Shown here piece after piece: positions 39,443 through 49,403 of a DNA stretch of 64,000 nucleotides; the stretch's first letter is position 1; every line of letters begins with the position of its first letter. The stretch covers positions 53,628 through 117,627 of the forward strand of contig JAHHRZ010000005.1 in NCBI GenBank assembly GCA_020025515.1. The letters are read 5' to 3'. The notes below the pieces were generated by a model. It worked only from the letters and a program-made list of their open reading frames with translations, searched no databases and was not told the DNA's origin. The DNA is from Oscillospiraceae bacterium (GTDB taxonomy: Bacteria; Bacillota; Clostridia; Oscillospirales; Oscillospiraceae). Both the position numbers and the translations under genes were made by a program.

Positions 39443-41326
39443 ATGGATAAGAAAACAAAAGGACTTTTGGAGGAATTCCAAAACGGTACCTGTCTTCTGG
39501 CCCATGAGCTGATGGGCTGTCACCGGGTCACCCGGCAGGGAACGGCAGGTTATGTGTTCCGGGTCTGGGCTCCTAATGCGCAAGCCGTCAGTGTGGTGGG
39601 GGAGTTCAACCACTGGGACACTGAGGATCTCCCAATGGAGCAGCTTTCCGGCGGAGTCTGGGAGGCTTTCACAAACCGGGGGGAGGAAGGCCATCGGTAT
39701 CAATTCTATGTAACAAAGCAAGATGGCTCCGGAGTCTATAAGGCAGACCCCTATGCCACCAGAAGCGCAGTTCCCCCAGAGCCGTCCAGCTGTATCTGCA
39801 CGGCGGAAAAGTTCCCCTGGGGTGACGGAAAGTGGATGCGGGACTTCCCAATGCACAGTCCCATGGCAGCCCCTGTTAACATCTATGAATTGCATATGGG
39901 CTCCTGGAAGCGGAAAGAGGATGGCTCTTTCTACACCTACAGTGAGTTGGCAGACCCCCTTGTGGAGTATCTGGTGGATATGGGATATACCCATGTGGAG
40001 CTGATGCCTCTGGGAGAGTATCTCCGGGAGGAGAGCCTGGGGTATGAAACCATGGGCTTTTATGCCCCCACCGCTCGATATGGGAAACCTCAGGATTTGA
40101 AAAGGCTGGTAGATACCCTGCACAAAGCGGGAATAGGTGTGATTCTGAATTGGGTGCCCGCTCATTTCCCAAAGGAACCGGCGGGACTCATGGAGTTTGA
40201 CGGTACCTGCTGCTATGAATCACCTGATGCCCAGATCAGAGAGCATCCTGTGTATCCCACCAGATTCTTTGATTATTCACGCAATGAGGTTTGCAGCTTT
40301 CTGGTATCCAATGTGGTTTACTGGTTGGAGAAATTTCACATAGACGGACTCCGGGTAGGTTCCGTGGACGCCATGCTGTACTTAGATTATCACAGGCCCG
40401 ATTACCACCCCAACCGGTTTGGCGGACGGGAAAATCTGGAGGCCATGGATCTGCTGCGGCGAGTCAACCGGGCGGCCCAGCAGGTCAGACCCAACGCCAT
40501 CATGGTTGCGGAGGTGGCGCATACCTTCCCCACCATTACAAAGCCGGAGCGCGACGGCGGCTTAGGCTTCCTGTTTAAATGGAATACCGGGTGGCTGAAG
40601 GAAGTTCTGGACAATTTTTCGGATTCAGAAGAGCCAAACGGCCACGGGAAGCAAAAAGAGGCAATGGAGAATGCCTATGCAGAAAACTTCGTGCTTCCTC
40701 TGTCTCCCCATCCGGGGGCGACGGGAAATACTTCTCTGCTCAACAAAATGCCCGGTGATTATGATATGCGGTTTTCCGGACTTCGGGCGCTTCTGGGCCT
40801 TACAATGGCCCATCCCGGAAAGAAACTCCTGTTTATGGGAAATGAGTTTGCACACTTTGACCCATGGAACCCGCCAAAACCCTTGGACTGGGTGCTTCTG
40901 GACTTTGAGCGGCATCGCCAGATGCAGAATTTTGTCCGCACAGTGAACCACTTTTATCGGAATCGTCCTCCATTTTGGCAAAAAGAGCAGGACCAGGACG
41001 GATTTCAGTGGGTAACCTGTGAAGAGACGGAAAAAGGACTGTTTGCATTCCGCCGCATAGACGGACGAAGCAGGGAAGTTTTTGTGGTGTGTAATTTCAG
41101 CACGAGAACCTATGGGGCGTGTCGTTTGGGCGTGCCTCGCCGGGGCATTTATAAGCCGATCCTGTCATCGGATGAACTTCAGTTTGGTGGCAGCGGCGTG
41201 GAGCTTCCCACGGCAGCCAGCCAGAGCATTGCCTGCGGAGCATATAAACTGTCGGCGCAGTTCTGCATACCGGCCATGTCTGTGACCTATTATGTCCGGG
41301 AAAATCCCCCCAAAAAGGGAGTATAA
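39443..41326 (+). CDS. glgB: GlgB-like GH13_9 protein with degenerate active site
   Basis: CBM48 FRVWAPNA, IYELHMGSW, HPGKKLLFMG; catalytic motifs altered (DGLRVGSV, LPLSPHP). Confidence 0.88.
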   Translation: MDKKTKGLLEEFQNGTCLLAHELMGCHRVTRQGTAGYVFRVWAPNAQAVSVVGEFNHWDTEDLPMEQLSGGVWEAFTNRGEEGHRYQFYVTKQDGSGVYKADPYATRSAVPPEPSSCICTAEKFPWGDGKWMRDFPMHSPMAAPVNIYELHMGSWKRKEDGSFYTYSELADPLVEYLVDMGYTHVELMPLGEYLREESLGYETMGFYAPTARYGKPQDLKRLVDTLHKAGIGVILNWVPAHFPKEPAGLMEFDGTCCYESPDAQIREHPVYPTRFFDYSRNEVCSFLVSNVVYWLEKFHIDGLRVGSVDAMLYLDYHRPDYHPNRFGGRENLEAMDLLRRVNRAAQQVRPNAIMVAEVAHTFPTITKPERDGGLGFLFKWNTGWLKEVLDNFSDSEEPNGHGKQKEAMENAYAENFVLPLSPHPGATGNTSLLNKMPGDYDMRFSGLRALLGLTMAHPGKKLLFMGNEFAHFDPWNPPKPLDWVLLDFERHRQMQNFVRTVNHFYRNRPPFWQKEQDQDGFQWVTCEETEKGLFAFRRIDGRSREVFVVCNFSTRTYGACRLGVPRRGIYKPILSSDELQFGGSGVELPTAASQSIACGAYKLSAQFCIPAMSVTYYVRENPPKKGV

Positions 41327-41429
41327 CAGTTGCAATGTTTCCCCTTGGCCTGTGCCAGGTCGGGATTCAAAAAATAAGACCAAGTAACGATCAAGTAAAG
41401 AATCCAATCATAGTAAGGAGAGACGCCCT

Positions 41430-42620
41430 ATGTATTTTCAGAAAAAACGCTGCATTGCGATGCTTTTGGCCGGAGGCCAGGGCAGCCGGCTGAAGGTCCT
41501 CACGGAGAATACGGCAAAGCCCGCTGTCCCCTTTGGCGGTAAATATCGGATTATCGACTTTCCCCTGTCCAACTGTGTGAACTCCGGGATTGATACCGTC
41601 GGCATTTTGACCCAATATCAGCCCCTGGAGCTGAACGAGTACATTGGAAACGGTCAGCCATGGGGCCTCAACAAGTCCCACTGCTACGCCCAGGTCCTGC
41701 CCCCCTACGAGCGTCACGACAAGAAAAGCGGCTGGTATAAGGGCACCGCAAATGCAATCTATCAGAACCTTCAGTTTATTGATCGCTTTGATCCCCAATA
41801 TGTACTGGTGCTCTCCGGTGACCATATCTACAAGATGGACTATGCGGCCATGATTGATTATCATGAAAAAAATGGTGCTGACTGCACCATCGCCGTACGG
41901 GATGTTCCTCTGGCGGAAGCCAGTCGGTTTGGCATCATGAATACAAAGCCGGACGGCACAATTTATGAATTTGAAGAGAAACCCAAGCAGCCCAAGTCCA
42001 CCAATGCTTCTATGGGTATCTATGTCTTTAATTGGAGCATCCTGCGTGAGTTCCTGATTGCAGATGAGGAAGACCCCAACTCCAGCAATGACTTTGGCAA
42101 GAATATCATTCCCAATCTGCTGAACTCCGGGCATAAGCTCATGGCCTATGCGTTCGACGGGTACTGGAAGGATGTCGGGACCATTGACTCTCTGTGGGAA
42201 GCCAATATGGACCTTCTGGGCAAGAACCCTGAATTTGAGATTCGTGGAGACGAGACACAGAAAATTAGTGCCAGAAACAATGCGCTGCCTTCCAGCTACA
42301 TTGCCAAGGAAGCAAAGACGGTAAACTGTTTCATTGCCGAGGGCGGCGAAATTTATGGTACGGTGCGCCACTCCGTGATCTCCACCGGCTGCTCCATTGG
42401 CGTGGGTGCTCTGGTGGAACACAGTGTGATTATGCCCAATGTCACCATTGCCCCCGGTGCCATTGTCCGCAATGCCATCGTAGGAGAGGACTGTGTGATT
42501 TCAACCGGTGCGGTGGTTGGCGGCGTATTTGTACCCGGCACCCAGCGTCAAATCAGCGTTCTGGGTAAGGGTCATACGGTGGAAGAAAATGCCGTGGTAG
42601 CTCCCGGCGAAGTGCGCTAA
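41430..42620 (+). CDS. glgC: Glucose-1-phosphate adenylyltransferase
   Basis: [48 protein letters not shown]. Confidence 0.96.
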   Translation: MYFQKKRCIAMLLAGGQGSRLKVLTENTAKPAVPFGGKYRIIDFPLSNCVNSGIDTVGILTQYQPLELNEYIGNGQPWGLNKSHCYAQVLPPYERHDKKSGWYKGTANAIYQNLQFIDRFDPQYVLVLSGDHIYKMDYAAMIDYHEKNGADCTIAVRDVPLAEASRFGIMNTKPDGTIYEFEEKPKQPKSTNASMGIYVFNWSILREFLIADEEDPNSSNDFGKNIIPNLLNSGHKLMAYAFDGYWKDVGTIDSLWEANMDLLGKNPEFEIRGDETQKISARNNALPSSYIAKEAKTVNCFIAEGGEIYGTVRHSVISTGCSIGVGALVEHSVIMPNVTIAPGAIVRNAIVGEDCVISTGAVVGGVFVPGTQRQISVLGKGHTVEENAVVAPGEVR

Positions 42621-42637
42621 GAAGGAGGAATACCACA

Positions 42638-43753
42638 ATGAAAGCACTGGGTATCATTTTTGCCAATATCTATGACAGCTCTCTGGGTGAGCTGACCAAC
42701 AAGCGGACCATTGCATCTCTGCCCTACGGCGGCCGGTATCGTCAAATTGACTTTATCCTGTCCAGCATGTCCAATTCCGGCATCCGCCACATTGGAATTC
42801 TCACAAAGTACAATTATCAGTCCCTCATGCACCACATTGGCTCCGGTCAGGAGTGGAATCTGGAAATGGAAGAGGGCAGCCTGGAGTATCTGACGCCCTT
42901 CGCAATGAGTCATGACGGCACCTATCGTGGAAAACTGGATGCGCTGAACTGTGCCATTGAATTTTTGGAGAACACCAATGAGGAGTATGTGATCCTGTCT
43001 GACAGCAGCGTGGTATGCAACATTGATCTGCAAAAGGTTCTGGATCAGCATGTGGCCTCCGGCAAAGAGGTGACGGTCGTAGCGGTGGATGGTGTCGCAA
43101 ACGGCATGAAGCAGCTGGACTTGGCAATTCGTCTGGACGAGTCCGGGGAAGTGGTAGACCTGGCCGTGGACTACTGTGCAGGTCCTGAGTATCTGGCAAG
43201 CATGGGCATCTTTGTGATGAAACGGGAACTGCTCATCAGGGTGGTAAAGGAATCTGTAGCCCGCAGTCTGTATCGTCTGGAGCGGGATTTCATGCTTCGC
43301 CAGTTTGCAACCAAGAAGCTCACAGTGGGCGTATATCTGTTTGCGGGAGTTGCGCTCTTTAACGAAAGCACTTTGGAGTATTATAAGAACAATCTGGCAC
43401 TGCTGAACCCTGAGATTCGGCATGGCCTGTTTAATGCAGGCGGTACCATCTATACCAAGGTGCGGGACCGTGTTCCCACCGTCTATGGTGAGAATTCTGA
43501 AATCGATGACTGCATTGTGGCAGATGGCTGTGAGCTGGAGGGAAGCGCAGAACACTCTTTGTTCTTCCGGCAGGTTAAGCTGAAGGCCGGCGCAAAGGTT
43601 TCCAATTCTCTTATTATGAATGACTGCGTGGTTGGCGAGAATGCAGAGCTGGACTGCGTCATTCTGGATAAGGATGTGGTGGTTCATCCGGGTGCACGCC
43701 TTGTAGGTACGCCGGAAAATCCCGTCATCATTAAGAGGGGGGAAGTTGTATGA
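42638..43753 (+). CDS. glgD: ADP-glucose pyrophosphorylase subunit GlgD
   Basis: RTIASLPYGGRYRQIDF, IYTKVRD; follows glgC. Confidence 0.93.
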   Translation: MKALGIIFANIYDSSLGELTNKRTIASLPYGGRYRQIDFILSSMSNSGIRHIGILTKYNYQSLMHHIGSGQEWNLEMEEGSLEYLTPFAMSHDGTYRGKLDALNCAIEFLENTNEEYVILSDSSVVCNIDLQKVLDQHVASGKEVTVVAVDGVANGMKQLDLAIRLDESGEVVDLAVDYCAGPEYLASMGIFVMKRELLIRVVKESVARSLYRLERDFMLRQFATKKLTVGVYLFAGVALFNESTLEYYKNNLALLNPEIRHGLFNAGGTIYTKVRDRVPTVYGENSEIDDCIVADGCELEGSAEHSLFFRQVKLKAGAKVSNSLIMNDCVVGENAELDCVILDKDVVVHPGARLVGTPENPVIIKRGEVV

Positions 43754-45186
43754 AAATCGCAATGGTCGCCTCCGAAGCCGCTCCCTATGTCAAATCAGGT
43801 GGTTTGGGGGATGTGATGCTGGGCCTGCCCAGTGAACTGGCAAGAATTCCCGGCAATGATGTCTGTCTGTTTCTGCCCTATTACAAGAAAATTAAGGACA
43901 ACCCCAATTATTCTGTAGAGTTTTGCACCGAGTTTCACGTTCAGCTGTCCTGGCGGCAGCAGTACGGCGGCTTGTATCGGCTAAAAGGCACCGCAGCACA
44001 GCAGCCCACGGTGTATTTTGTGGATAATGAATACTATTTTGGAAGAGACGGCCTCTATGGGTATCTGGATGACGGGGAGCGCTATGCGTTCTTCTCCAAG
44101 GCTGTTTTGGAGGCAATGGCAAGCATGCAGTACTATCCCGATGTCATTCAGTCCAACGACTGGCAGACGGCCATGCTGCCTGTGTACATCGACGCAGAGT
44201 ACCGGGGGACCTTCCCTTATACCAAGACCCTGTTTACCATCCACAATATCGAATATCAGGGCTGGGCAAATCCCGACTTCTTTGACAATGTACTGGGCCT
44301 GCCCGATTCCTTCCGTGGCATTATGGACATGTCCGGCGGTGTGAACATGATGAAAGGCGCCATTGAATGTGCCAATGCGGTGTCCACGGTTTCCGAAACC
44401 TATGCCCAGGAGATCCGTTATCCTTACTATGCCCACGGTCTCGATGGCATCCTCTCTGCCAACTGGTTCAAGCTTCGTGGGATCACCAACGGTGTGGATG
44501 TTTCTGTCTTTGACCCATCCACGGATAAAGCCCTTGTGAAAAACTACTGCGCAGATACCCATGCCGCAGGAAAAGCGGCAAACAAGGCTGCTTTGCAGAA
44601 GGAACTGGGCCTGCCTCAGGACCCCGATGTTCCCATGATGGCCATGATTACCCGGCTGGCGGGACATAAGGGCATTGACCTATTGTGCTATGTGGCAAGA
44701 CGGCTCATGGAGCAGGAGGTACAGCTGGTGATTTTGGGCACCGGTGAGCAGCGGTTTGAGAATTTCTTCCGTGGTCTGGCTGCCGAGTATCCTGAAAAGG
44801 TCTCTGCACAGCTGAAGTTTGATCTGAGCCTTGCCAATCGGATCTATGCCGCCTCTGACATTTACCTCATGCCCTCCAAGTCGGAACCCTGCGGCCTCAG
44901 CCAGATGAATGCCATGCGCTATGGCACAGTCCCCATTGTCAACGCCACCGGCGGCCTCAAGGACACGGTTCCTCCTGTGGACCCCACTACGGATACCGGC
45001 TTGGGCTTTACCTTCCAGAGCTACAATGGAGATGACTTCTGGGATGCCATTGAGCGCTGCCTGGAGACTTTCCAGGACAAGGAAGCCTGGAATAAGCTGA
45101 TTCTCAGAGGAATGAGGACAGATTTCAGCTGGAAAAAGCCTGCTGAAAAGTATATGGAGCTGTTCCGCCATCTTCAGGAACAATAA
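43750..45186 (+). CDS. glgA: Glycogen synthase
   Basis: KSGGLGDV, NDWQT, TIHNIEYQG, PSKSEPCGLSQ. Confidence 0.95.
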   Translation: MKIAMVASEAAPYVKSGGLGDVMLGLPSELARIPGNDVCLFLPYYKKIKDNPNYSVEFCTEFHVQLSWRQQYGGLYRLKGTAAQQPTVYFVDNEYYFGRDGLYGYLDDGERYAFFSKAVLEAMASMQYYPDVIQSNDWQTAMLPVYIDAEYRGTFPYTKTLFTIHNIEYQGWANPDFFDNVLGLPDSFRGIMDMSGGVNMMKGAIECANAVSTVSETYAQEIRYPYYAHGLDGILSANWFKLRGITNGVDVSVFDPSTDKALVKNYCADTHAAGKAANKAALQKELGLPQDPDVPMMAMITRLAGHKGIDLLCYVARRLMEQEVQLVILGTGEQRFENFFRGLAAEYPEKVSAQLKFDLSLANRIYAASDIYLMPSKSEPCGLSQMNAMRYGTVPIVNATGGLKDTVPPVDPTTDTGLGFTFQSYNGDDFWDAIERCLETFQDKEAWNKLILRGMRTDFSWKKPAEKYMELFRHLQEQ

Positions 45187-45318
45187 GAAAAGATACTTTC
45201 GGGGCCGCCAAACGGCGGCCCCCTGTTTGCCTGTGAAAAACAGAAGGGAAACACCCACAACTGGGAGTGTCTGCCTTGTGTTTTTATGCCTATTTTTACA
45301 CCAAAGGAGTTCCACTCT

Positions 45319-47172
45319 ATGCTTCGCATTTTATATAACAGCCGGGATCTGGCGTATAAGGAGCCGTTTGGCACCATTCGGGTGGGAGAAGCCTGCACAT
45401 TACGAATGAAGATCCCCTGCTATTGTCATACCAGGGAGGCTGCGTGTATCCTGCGCCGGGAGGACGGACAGGAATTTATGCAGACGCCCCTTCAACTGGA
45501 GCAGACCCTGCATCCTTATGAGACCTGGACTTGCCGATTTACGGTGGAGGAACCCGGACTTTATTTCTATTATTTCCGCATTTCCACTCCCAATGAAAGC
45601 TTTTCTCTCCTGCGCCAGGGGGAGCAGACCAATATGGAGGCCGGCGACTGGTGGCAGCTCAGCTGCATTGTCTCCGATGCCACCACGCCGGACTGGGCCA
45701 AGGGAGCCATTATCTATCAGGTCTTTCCGGATCGGTTTGCCAAATCCGGCAGCTGCGACCTCACCGGAAAGCTGGAACCCTATACGGTCCATGAAACCTG
45801 GGAGGAGGAGGTTCACTGGCAGCCCACAGAAGAGGGGCTTGTGCTGAACAATGACTTTTACGGGGGGAATTTTCCAGGGATTACAGAGAAACTCCCCTAC
45901 ATTGCCTCTCTCGGCACTACAATTTTGTATCTGAATCCCATTTCCAAGTCTTTTTCCAGTCACCGGTATGATACGGGCGACTATAAGACCCCGGACCCCA
46001 TGCTGGGCACCAAGGCTGACTTTGTGACGCTGTGCCGGGAAGCTCGGAAGCTGGGCATCCATGTGGTTTTGGACGGAGTATTTTCCCATACAGGATCGAA
46101 CAGCCTGTATTTTGACAGAGAAGGGACCTTTGGGGGCAAGGGAGCTTATGCAGACCCCAACTCCCCCTTCCGTAACTGGTATCAATTTTATGAATATCCC
46201 AATCAATATAACAGTTGGTGGGGATTTGACACGCTTCCAACCGTGAACAAGATGGAGCCGGATTTTCTGAACTACATCATTGATGACCATGACAGTGTAG
46301 TGGCCCATTGGCTTCGCCTGGGTGCCGACGGGTTCCGGCTGGATGTGGCAGATGAGCTGCCTGACGAATTTATTCTCCGGCTGAAAAAACGAATCCGTGA
46401 AATCAAGCCGGATGCCCTTCTGATGGGGGAGGTGTGGGAGGATGCTTCCAATAAGGTGGCATACAATCGCCGCCGCCGCTACTTTGTAGACGGGGAACTG
46501 GACAGCACCATGAATTATCCCTTCCGAAATGCCATCTTGAATTTCCTGCGCAGACAAGACCAGGGACAGGGCTTTCAGGAAACGGTGATGTCCATTGTGG
46601 AAAATTATCCTTCTGATGTAATGGCCTGCTGCATGAATCTGCTGGGCTCTCATGATACCCCCCGAATCCTCACTGCGCTGATGGGTGATTTTACAGGAAC
46701 CAGAGAAGAGCAGGCGGCCTGTCATCTGAGCGACGATCAGCGGGCGGAAGCAAAGCAGAGACTGAAAATGGCGTCCTTTTTGCAGTATGTTCTGCCCGGT
46801 GCGCCTTCTGTATATTACGGCGACGAGGCGGGAATGGAGGGCTGTGCAGACCCCTTTAATCGCCGCACCTATCCATGGGGCAGAGAGGATAAGGAGCTTC
46901 TGACCCACTATCGGCACCTCGGCCGGATGCGCCGCAGCAGCCCCGCACTGCGCAGTGGCAACATTCGCTTTTTTGCTGCGGCAGACGGACGCCTGGGATT
47001 TTTGCGGTGTTCCGATGAAACACCATCTCAGCAGGTGAAGGTGTATGTGAACCGGAGCGGAGACTCCTGGGAGGTTCCTTCTGGGAAAGTTCTTTTTGGT
47101 CACCGGATTGATACCATGACCCCGGATACATTGGTGCTCCTTTCTGATGGATTTGTGGCACTGGAGGTGTAG
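45319..47172 (+). CDS. GH13 neopullulanase/amylopullulanase-type glycosidase
   Basis: YQVFPDRF, HRYDTGDY, DGVFSH, DGFRLDVADE, GEVWE, GSHDT with the catalytic triad intact. Confidence 0.92.
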   Translation: MLRILYNSRDLAYKEPFGTIRVGEACTLRMKIPCYCHTREAACILRREDGQEFMQTPLQLEQTLHPYETWTCRFTVEEPGLYFYYFRISTPNESFSLLRQGEQTNMEAGDWWQLSCIVSDATTPDWAKGAIIYQVFPDRFAKSGSCDLTGKLEPYTVHETWEEEVHWQPTEEGLVLNNDFYGGNFPGITEKLPYIASLGTTILYLNPISKSFSSHRYDTGDYKTPDPMLGTKADFVTLCREARKLGIHVVLDGVFSHTGSNSLYFDREGTFGGKGAYADPNSPFRNWYQFYEYPNQYNSWWGFDTLPTVNKMEPDFLNYIIDDHDSVVAHWLRLGADGFRLDVADELPDEFILRLKKRIREIKPDALLMGEVWEDASNKVAYNRRRRYFVDGELDSTMNYPFRNAILNFLRRQDQGQGFQETVMSIVENYPSDVMACCMNLLGSHDTPRILTALMGDFTGTREEQAACHLSDDQRAEAKQRLKMASFLQYVLPGAPSVYYGDEAGMEGCADPFNRRTYPWGREDKELLTHYRHLGRMRRSSPALRSGNIRFFAAADGRLGFLRCSDETPSQQVKVYVNRSGDSWEVPSGKVLFGHRIDTMTPDTLVLLSDGFVALEV

Positions 47173-47175
47173 AAC

Positions 47176-47352
47176 ATGCTGCTGGAAAAATTCATTAGCG
47201 GCTACTGCCGTGTACAGGATCAGAGCCGGATGGTGCAGGTGGAGCTGGAAGATCAGACGCTTTTAAGTGTGGACTGTACTTATGGCAAGTGTGTATATCA
47301 GAGTCAATGCCCCATAGGAAAAGAAATCACGAAGCTTTTGGAAGAGAAATAA
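47176..47352 (+). CDS. Small 4-Cys protein, 58 aa (MLLEKFISGYCRVQDQSRMVQVELEDQTLLSVDCTYGKCVYQSQCPIGKEITKLLEEK)
   Basis: SD GGAGG within the end of the GH13 gene; ATG 3 nt after its stop; upstream of the terminator; below the ORF-track cutoff. Confidence 0.7.
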   Translation: MLLEKFISGYCRVQDQSRMVQVELEDQTLLSVDCTYGKCVYQSQCPIGKEITKLLEEK

Positions 47353-47396
47353 AAGTTACAGCAGACCTGCCTGAGAAGCGGCAGCAAGATTTCATA

Positions 47397-47442
47397 AAAA
47401 ACGAGTGGTCCCATCTGTACAGACTTGGGACCACTCGTTTTT
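47397..47442. terminator. Bidirectional terminator
   Basis: aaaaacgagtggtccca/tgggaccactcgttttt. Confidence 0.85.
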
Positions 47443-47480
47443 ATCGTTTTAGATTAGCAGATGAGGGATGGACAGCCAAA

Positions 47481-48566
47481 TTATTTGCTGTACTTTTCTA
47501 CATGGGATTGAATGAGAGCCCCATCTTCAAAATAGTTGATTCTCATGGCACGCTTTACTTGGGACAGCGTTTCGGCGGCCTCTGCACGGGCCACCTCGCT
47601 GCCCTTGCGGAGGATTTCATAGACGCCGGGAATGTCGTTCTGCCACAGGGCACGCCGCTGACGGATGGGGGCGAGCTCTTCCTGCAAAATGTGATTCAGC
47701 AGCTTCTTGACCTTTACATCCCCCAAACCGCCGCGCTGATAGTGTTCCTTCAGCTCGGTCAGGTTGGCATAGTCCGGGAGAAATTCAGCAAAGTGCTCAT
47801 CTCTGGCGAAGGCATCCAGATAAGTGAATACTGCGTTTCCTTCCAGAGAACCGGGGTCGGAGACCTTTAAGTGGTTGGGGTCGGTGAACATACTCATCAC
47901 CTTGGTCTTTACCTCTGCTTCGGTGTCGGAGAGGTAGATGCAGTTGCCCAGAGATTTGCTCATCTTGGCCTTGCCGTCGGTGCCTGGCAGACGGCAGCAG
48001 GCCTCCGTCTTGGGCAACAGGGCCTCAGCTTCTACCAGTGTTTCGCCATAGGTCATGTTGAACCGACGGACAATCTCTCTGGCCTGTTCCAGCATGGGGA
48101 GCTGATCTTCGCCAACGGGAACGGTGGTGGCCTTAAATGCGGTGATGTCGGCGGCCTGGCTGATAGGGTAGGTGAAGAAGCCCACGGGGATGCTGGTCTC
48201 AAAGTTCCGCAGCTGAATTTCGGCCTTTACGGTGGGGTTGCGCTGGAGACGGGACACGGTGACCAGATTCATATAGTAGAAGCACAGCTCGGTCAGCTCC
48301 TGAATCTGGGACTGGATGAACAGAGTGGATTTGCTGGGGTCCAGACCGCAGGAGAGATAATCCAAAGCCACCTCAATAATATTTTCCCGAATTTTATCGG
48401 GGTTGTCTGCGTTGTCCGTGAGTGCCTGGGCGTCGGCAATCATAATAAAAATCTTATCAAACTCTCCGGAATTCTGAAGCTCTACACGCCGCTTCAGAGA
48501 GCCTACATAATGACCCAGGTGGAGCCGCCCTGTGGGACGGTCGCCGGTCAGAATAATTTTTGCCAT
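47481..48566 (-). CDS. trpS: Tryptophanyl-tRNA synthetase
   Basis: [34 protein letters not shown]. Confidence 0.97.
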   Translation of the reverse strand: MAKIILTGDRPTGRLHLGHYVGSLKRRVELQNSGEFDKIFIMIADAQALTDNADNPDKIRENIIEVALDYLSCGLDPSKSTLFIQSQIQELTELCFYYMNLVTVSRLQRNPTVKAEIQLRNFETSIPVGFFTYPISQAADITAFKATTVPVGEDQLPMLEQAREIVRRFNMTYGETLVEAEALLPKTEACCRLPGTDGKAKMSKSLGNCIYLSDTEAEVKTKVMSMFTDPNHLKVSDPGSLEGNAVFTYLDAFARDEHFAEFLPDYANLTELKEHYQRGGLGDVKVKKLLNHILQEELAPIRQRRALWQNDIPGVYEILRKGSEVARAEAAETLSQVKRAMRINYFEDGALIQSHVEKYSK

Positions 48567-48580
48567 AGTCAATACCTCCT

Positions 48581-48812
48581 AAAAAAATAAAGGCCCTATC
48601 CTACAAAGGATAAGACCAAACAGTCATATGCCACCTGTGCAGATGCCCACCAACATGGACACTCCGAATAACGGCCGGATGCCGTCGGCGCCTACTGACT
48701 TCGGGCCGCCCTCCGGAGCCCATTCCGACAGCCCGCCTTACACCCCTTTCAGCAGCAGGGCGCTCTCTGAAAAGCCGGATTCTATCGTACTACTTCTCCA
48801 TCCACGGTTTCA
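48581..48812 (-). ncRNA. T-box riboswitch with Trp specifier
   Basis: AGUA, CAGAGAG and GCUGAAAG stem-I boxes; GAA-UGG specifier at 48720-48722; stem II S-turn; CCGUUA; GGUGGC; terminator GGUCUUAUCCU/AGGAUAGGGCC plus U-run. Confidence 0.88.
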
Positions 48813-48822
48813 TATATGCTAT

Positions 48823-48851
48823 ATCATATCCTTATCCGGAGAAAATGTCAA
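48823..48851 (-). promoter_or_regulatory. Sigma-A promoter of T-box-trpS
   Basis: TTGACA-N17-TATGAT. Confidence 0.8.
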
Positions 48852-48980
48852 GGACAAGATAAAAAGGAGATTGATAGGTGATACCAGGCCAAAGGCATTC
48901 TTTCGGAAGGTCTTTGGCCTGGCGGTTCAAGATAGGATGTGTAGAACTTCCCGATAAATTCACAGGGGCTGTGGAAAAAA

Positions 48981-49403
48981 TCAATAAAGGGGAAGGTCTC
49001 CGGTGAGAGGGTCCACCACTTCTCCGGGCAGGGGTTCAAAGGCCAGACAGGTATAGGTGGGCTGGCCGTGAAACTCGGTCATACCGGCGTCACAGATCAG
49101 CGCACTGATGATGCCTGCTTCTTTGGCCCGTTTGTCCAGATCCAGCAGGGCCTCTTCGGAATCGACATAGACGCAGATCTTGGCAACGCCGTGGGTAAAC
49201 CACTCGCTCAGCGGGGTGGCAGGCTGCGCAGAGGGCTTTAGGCCGACATGATCTCCCTGGGTTTCTACCTGCTCCAGACGGCCCTCCCGCTCCAGTGCCA
49301 TTAAAACCGCAGTCACGCAGGCGTGACCGGATTGGGCTGCAATTTTACCTTTTCGCATTTTGAGGTCCCGGCGGACAACAATTATTTGTTTTGATTTGTA
49401 CAT
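48981..49403 (-). CDS. pth2: Peptidyl-tRNA hydrolase, Pth2 type
   Basis: KQIIVVRRDLKMRKGKIAAQSGHA, KICV, ICDAGMTEF, VDPLTGDLPLY. Confidence 0.9.
   Translation of the reverse strand: MYKSKQIIVVRRDLKMRKGKIAAQSGHACVTAVLMALEREGRLEQVETQGDHVGLKPSAQPATPLSEWFTHGVAKICVYVDSEEALLDLDKRAKEAGIISALICDAGMTEFHGQPTYTCLAFEPLPGEVVDPLTGDLPLY

Noticed and set aside
39443..41326. glgB as a pseudogene
   Set aside because: No stops or frameshifts, and changes concentrate at active-site motifs; kept as a CDS
47289..47870. 193-aa plus-strand ORF
   Set aside because: Crosses a bidirectional terminator and is antisense to trpS
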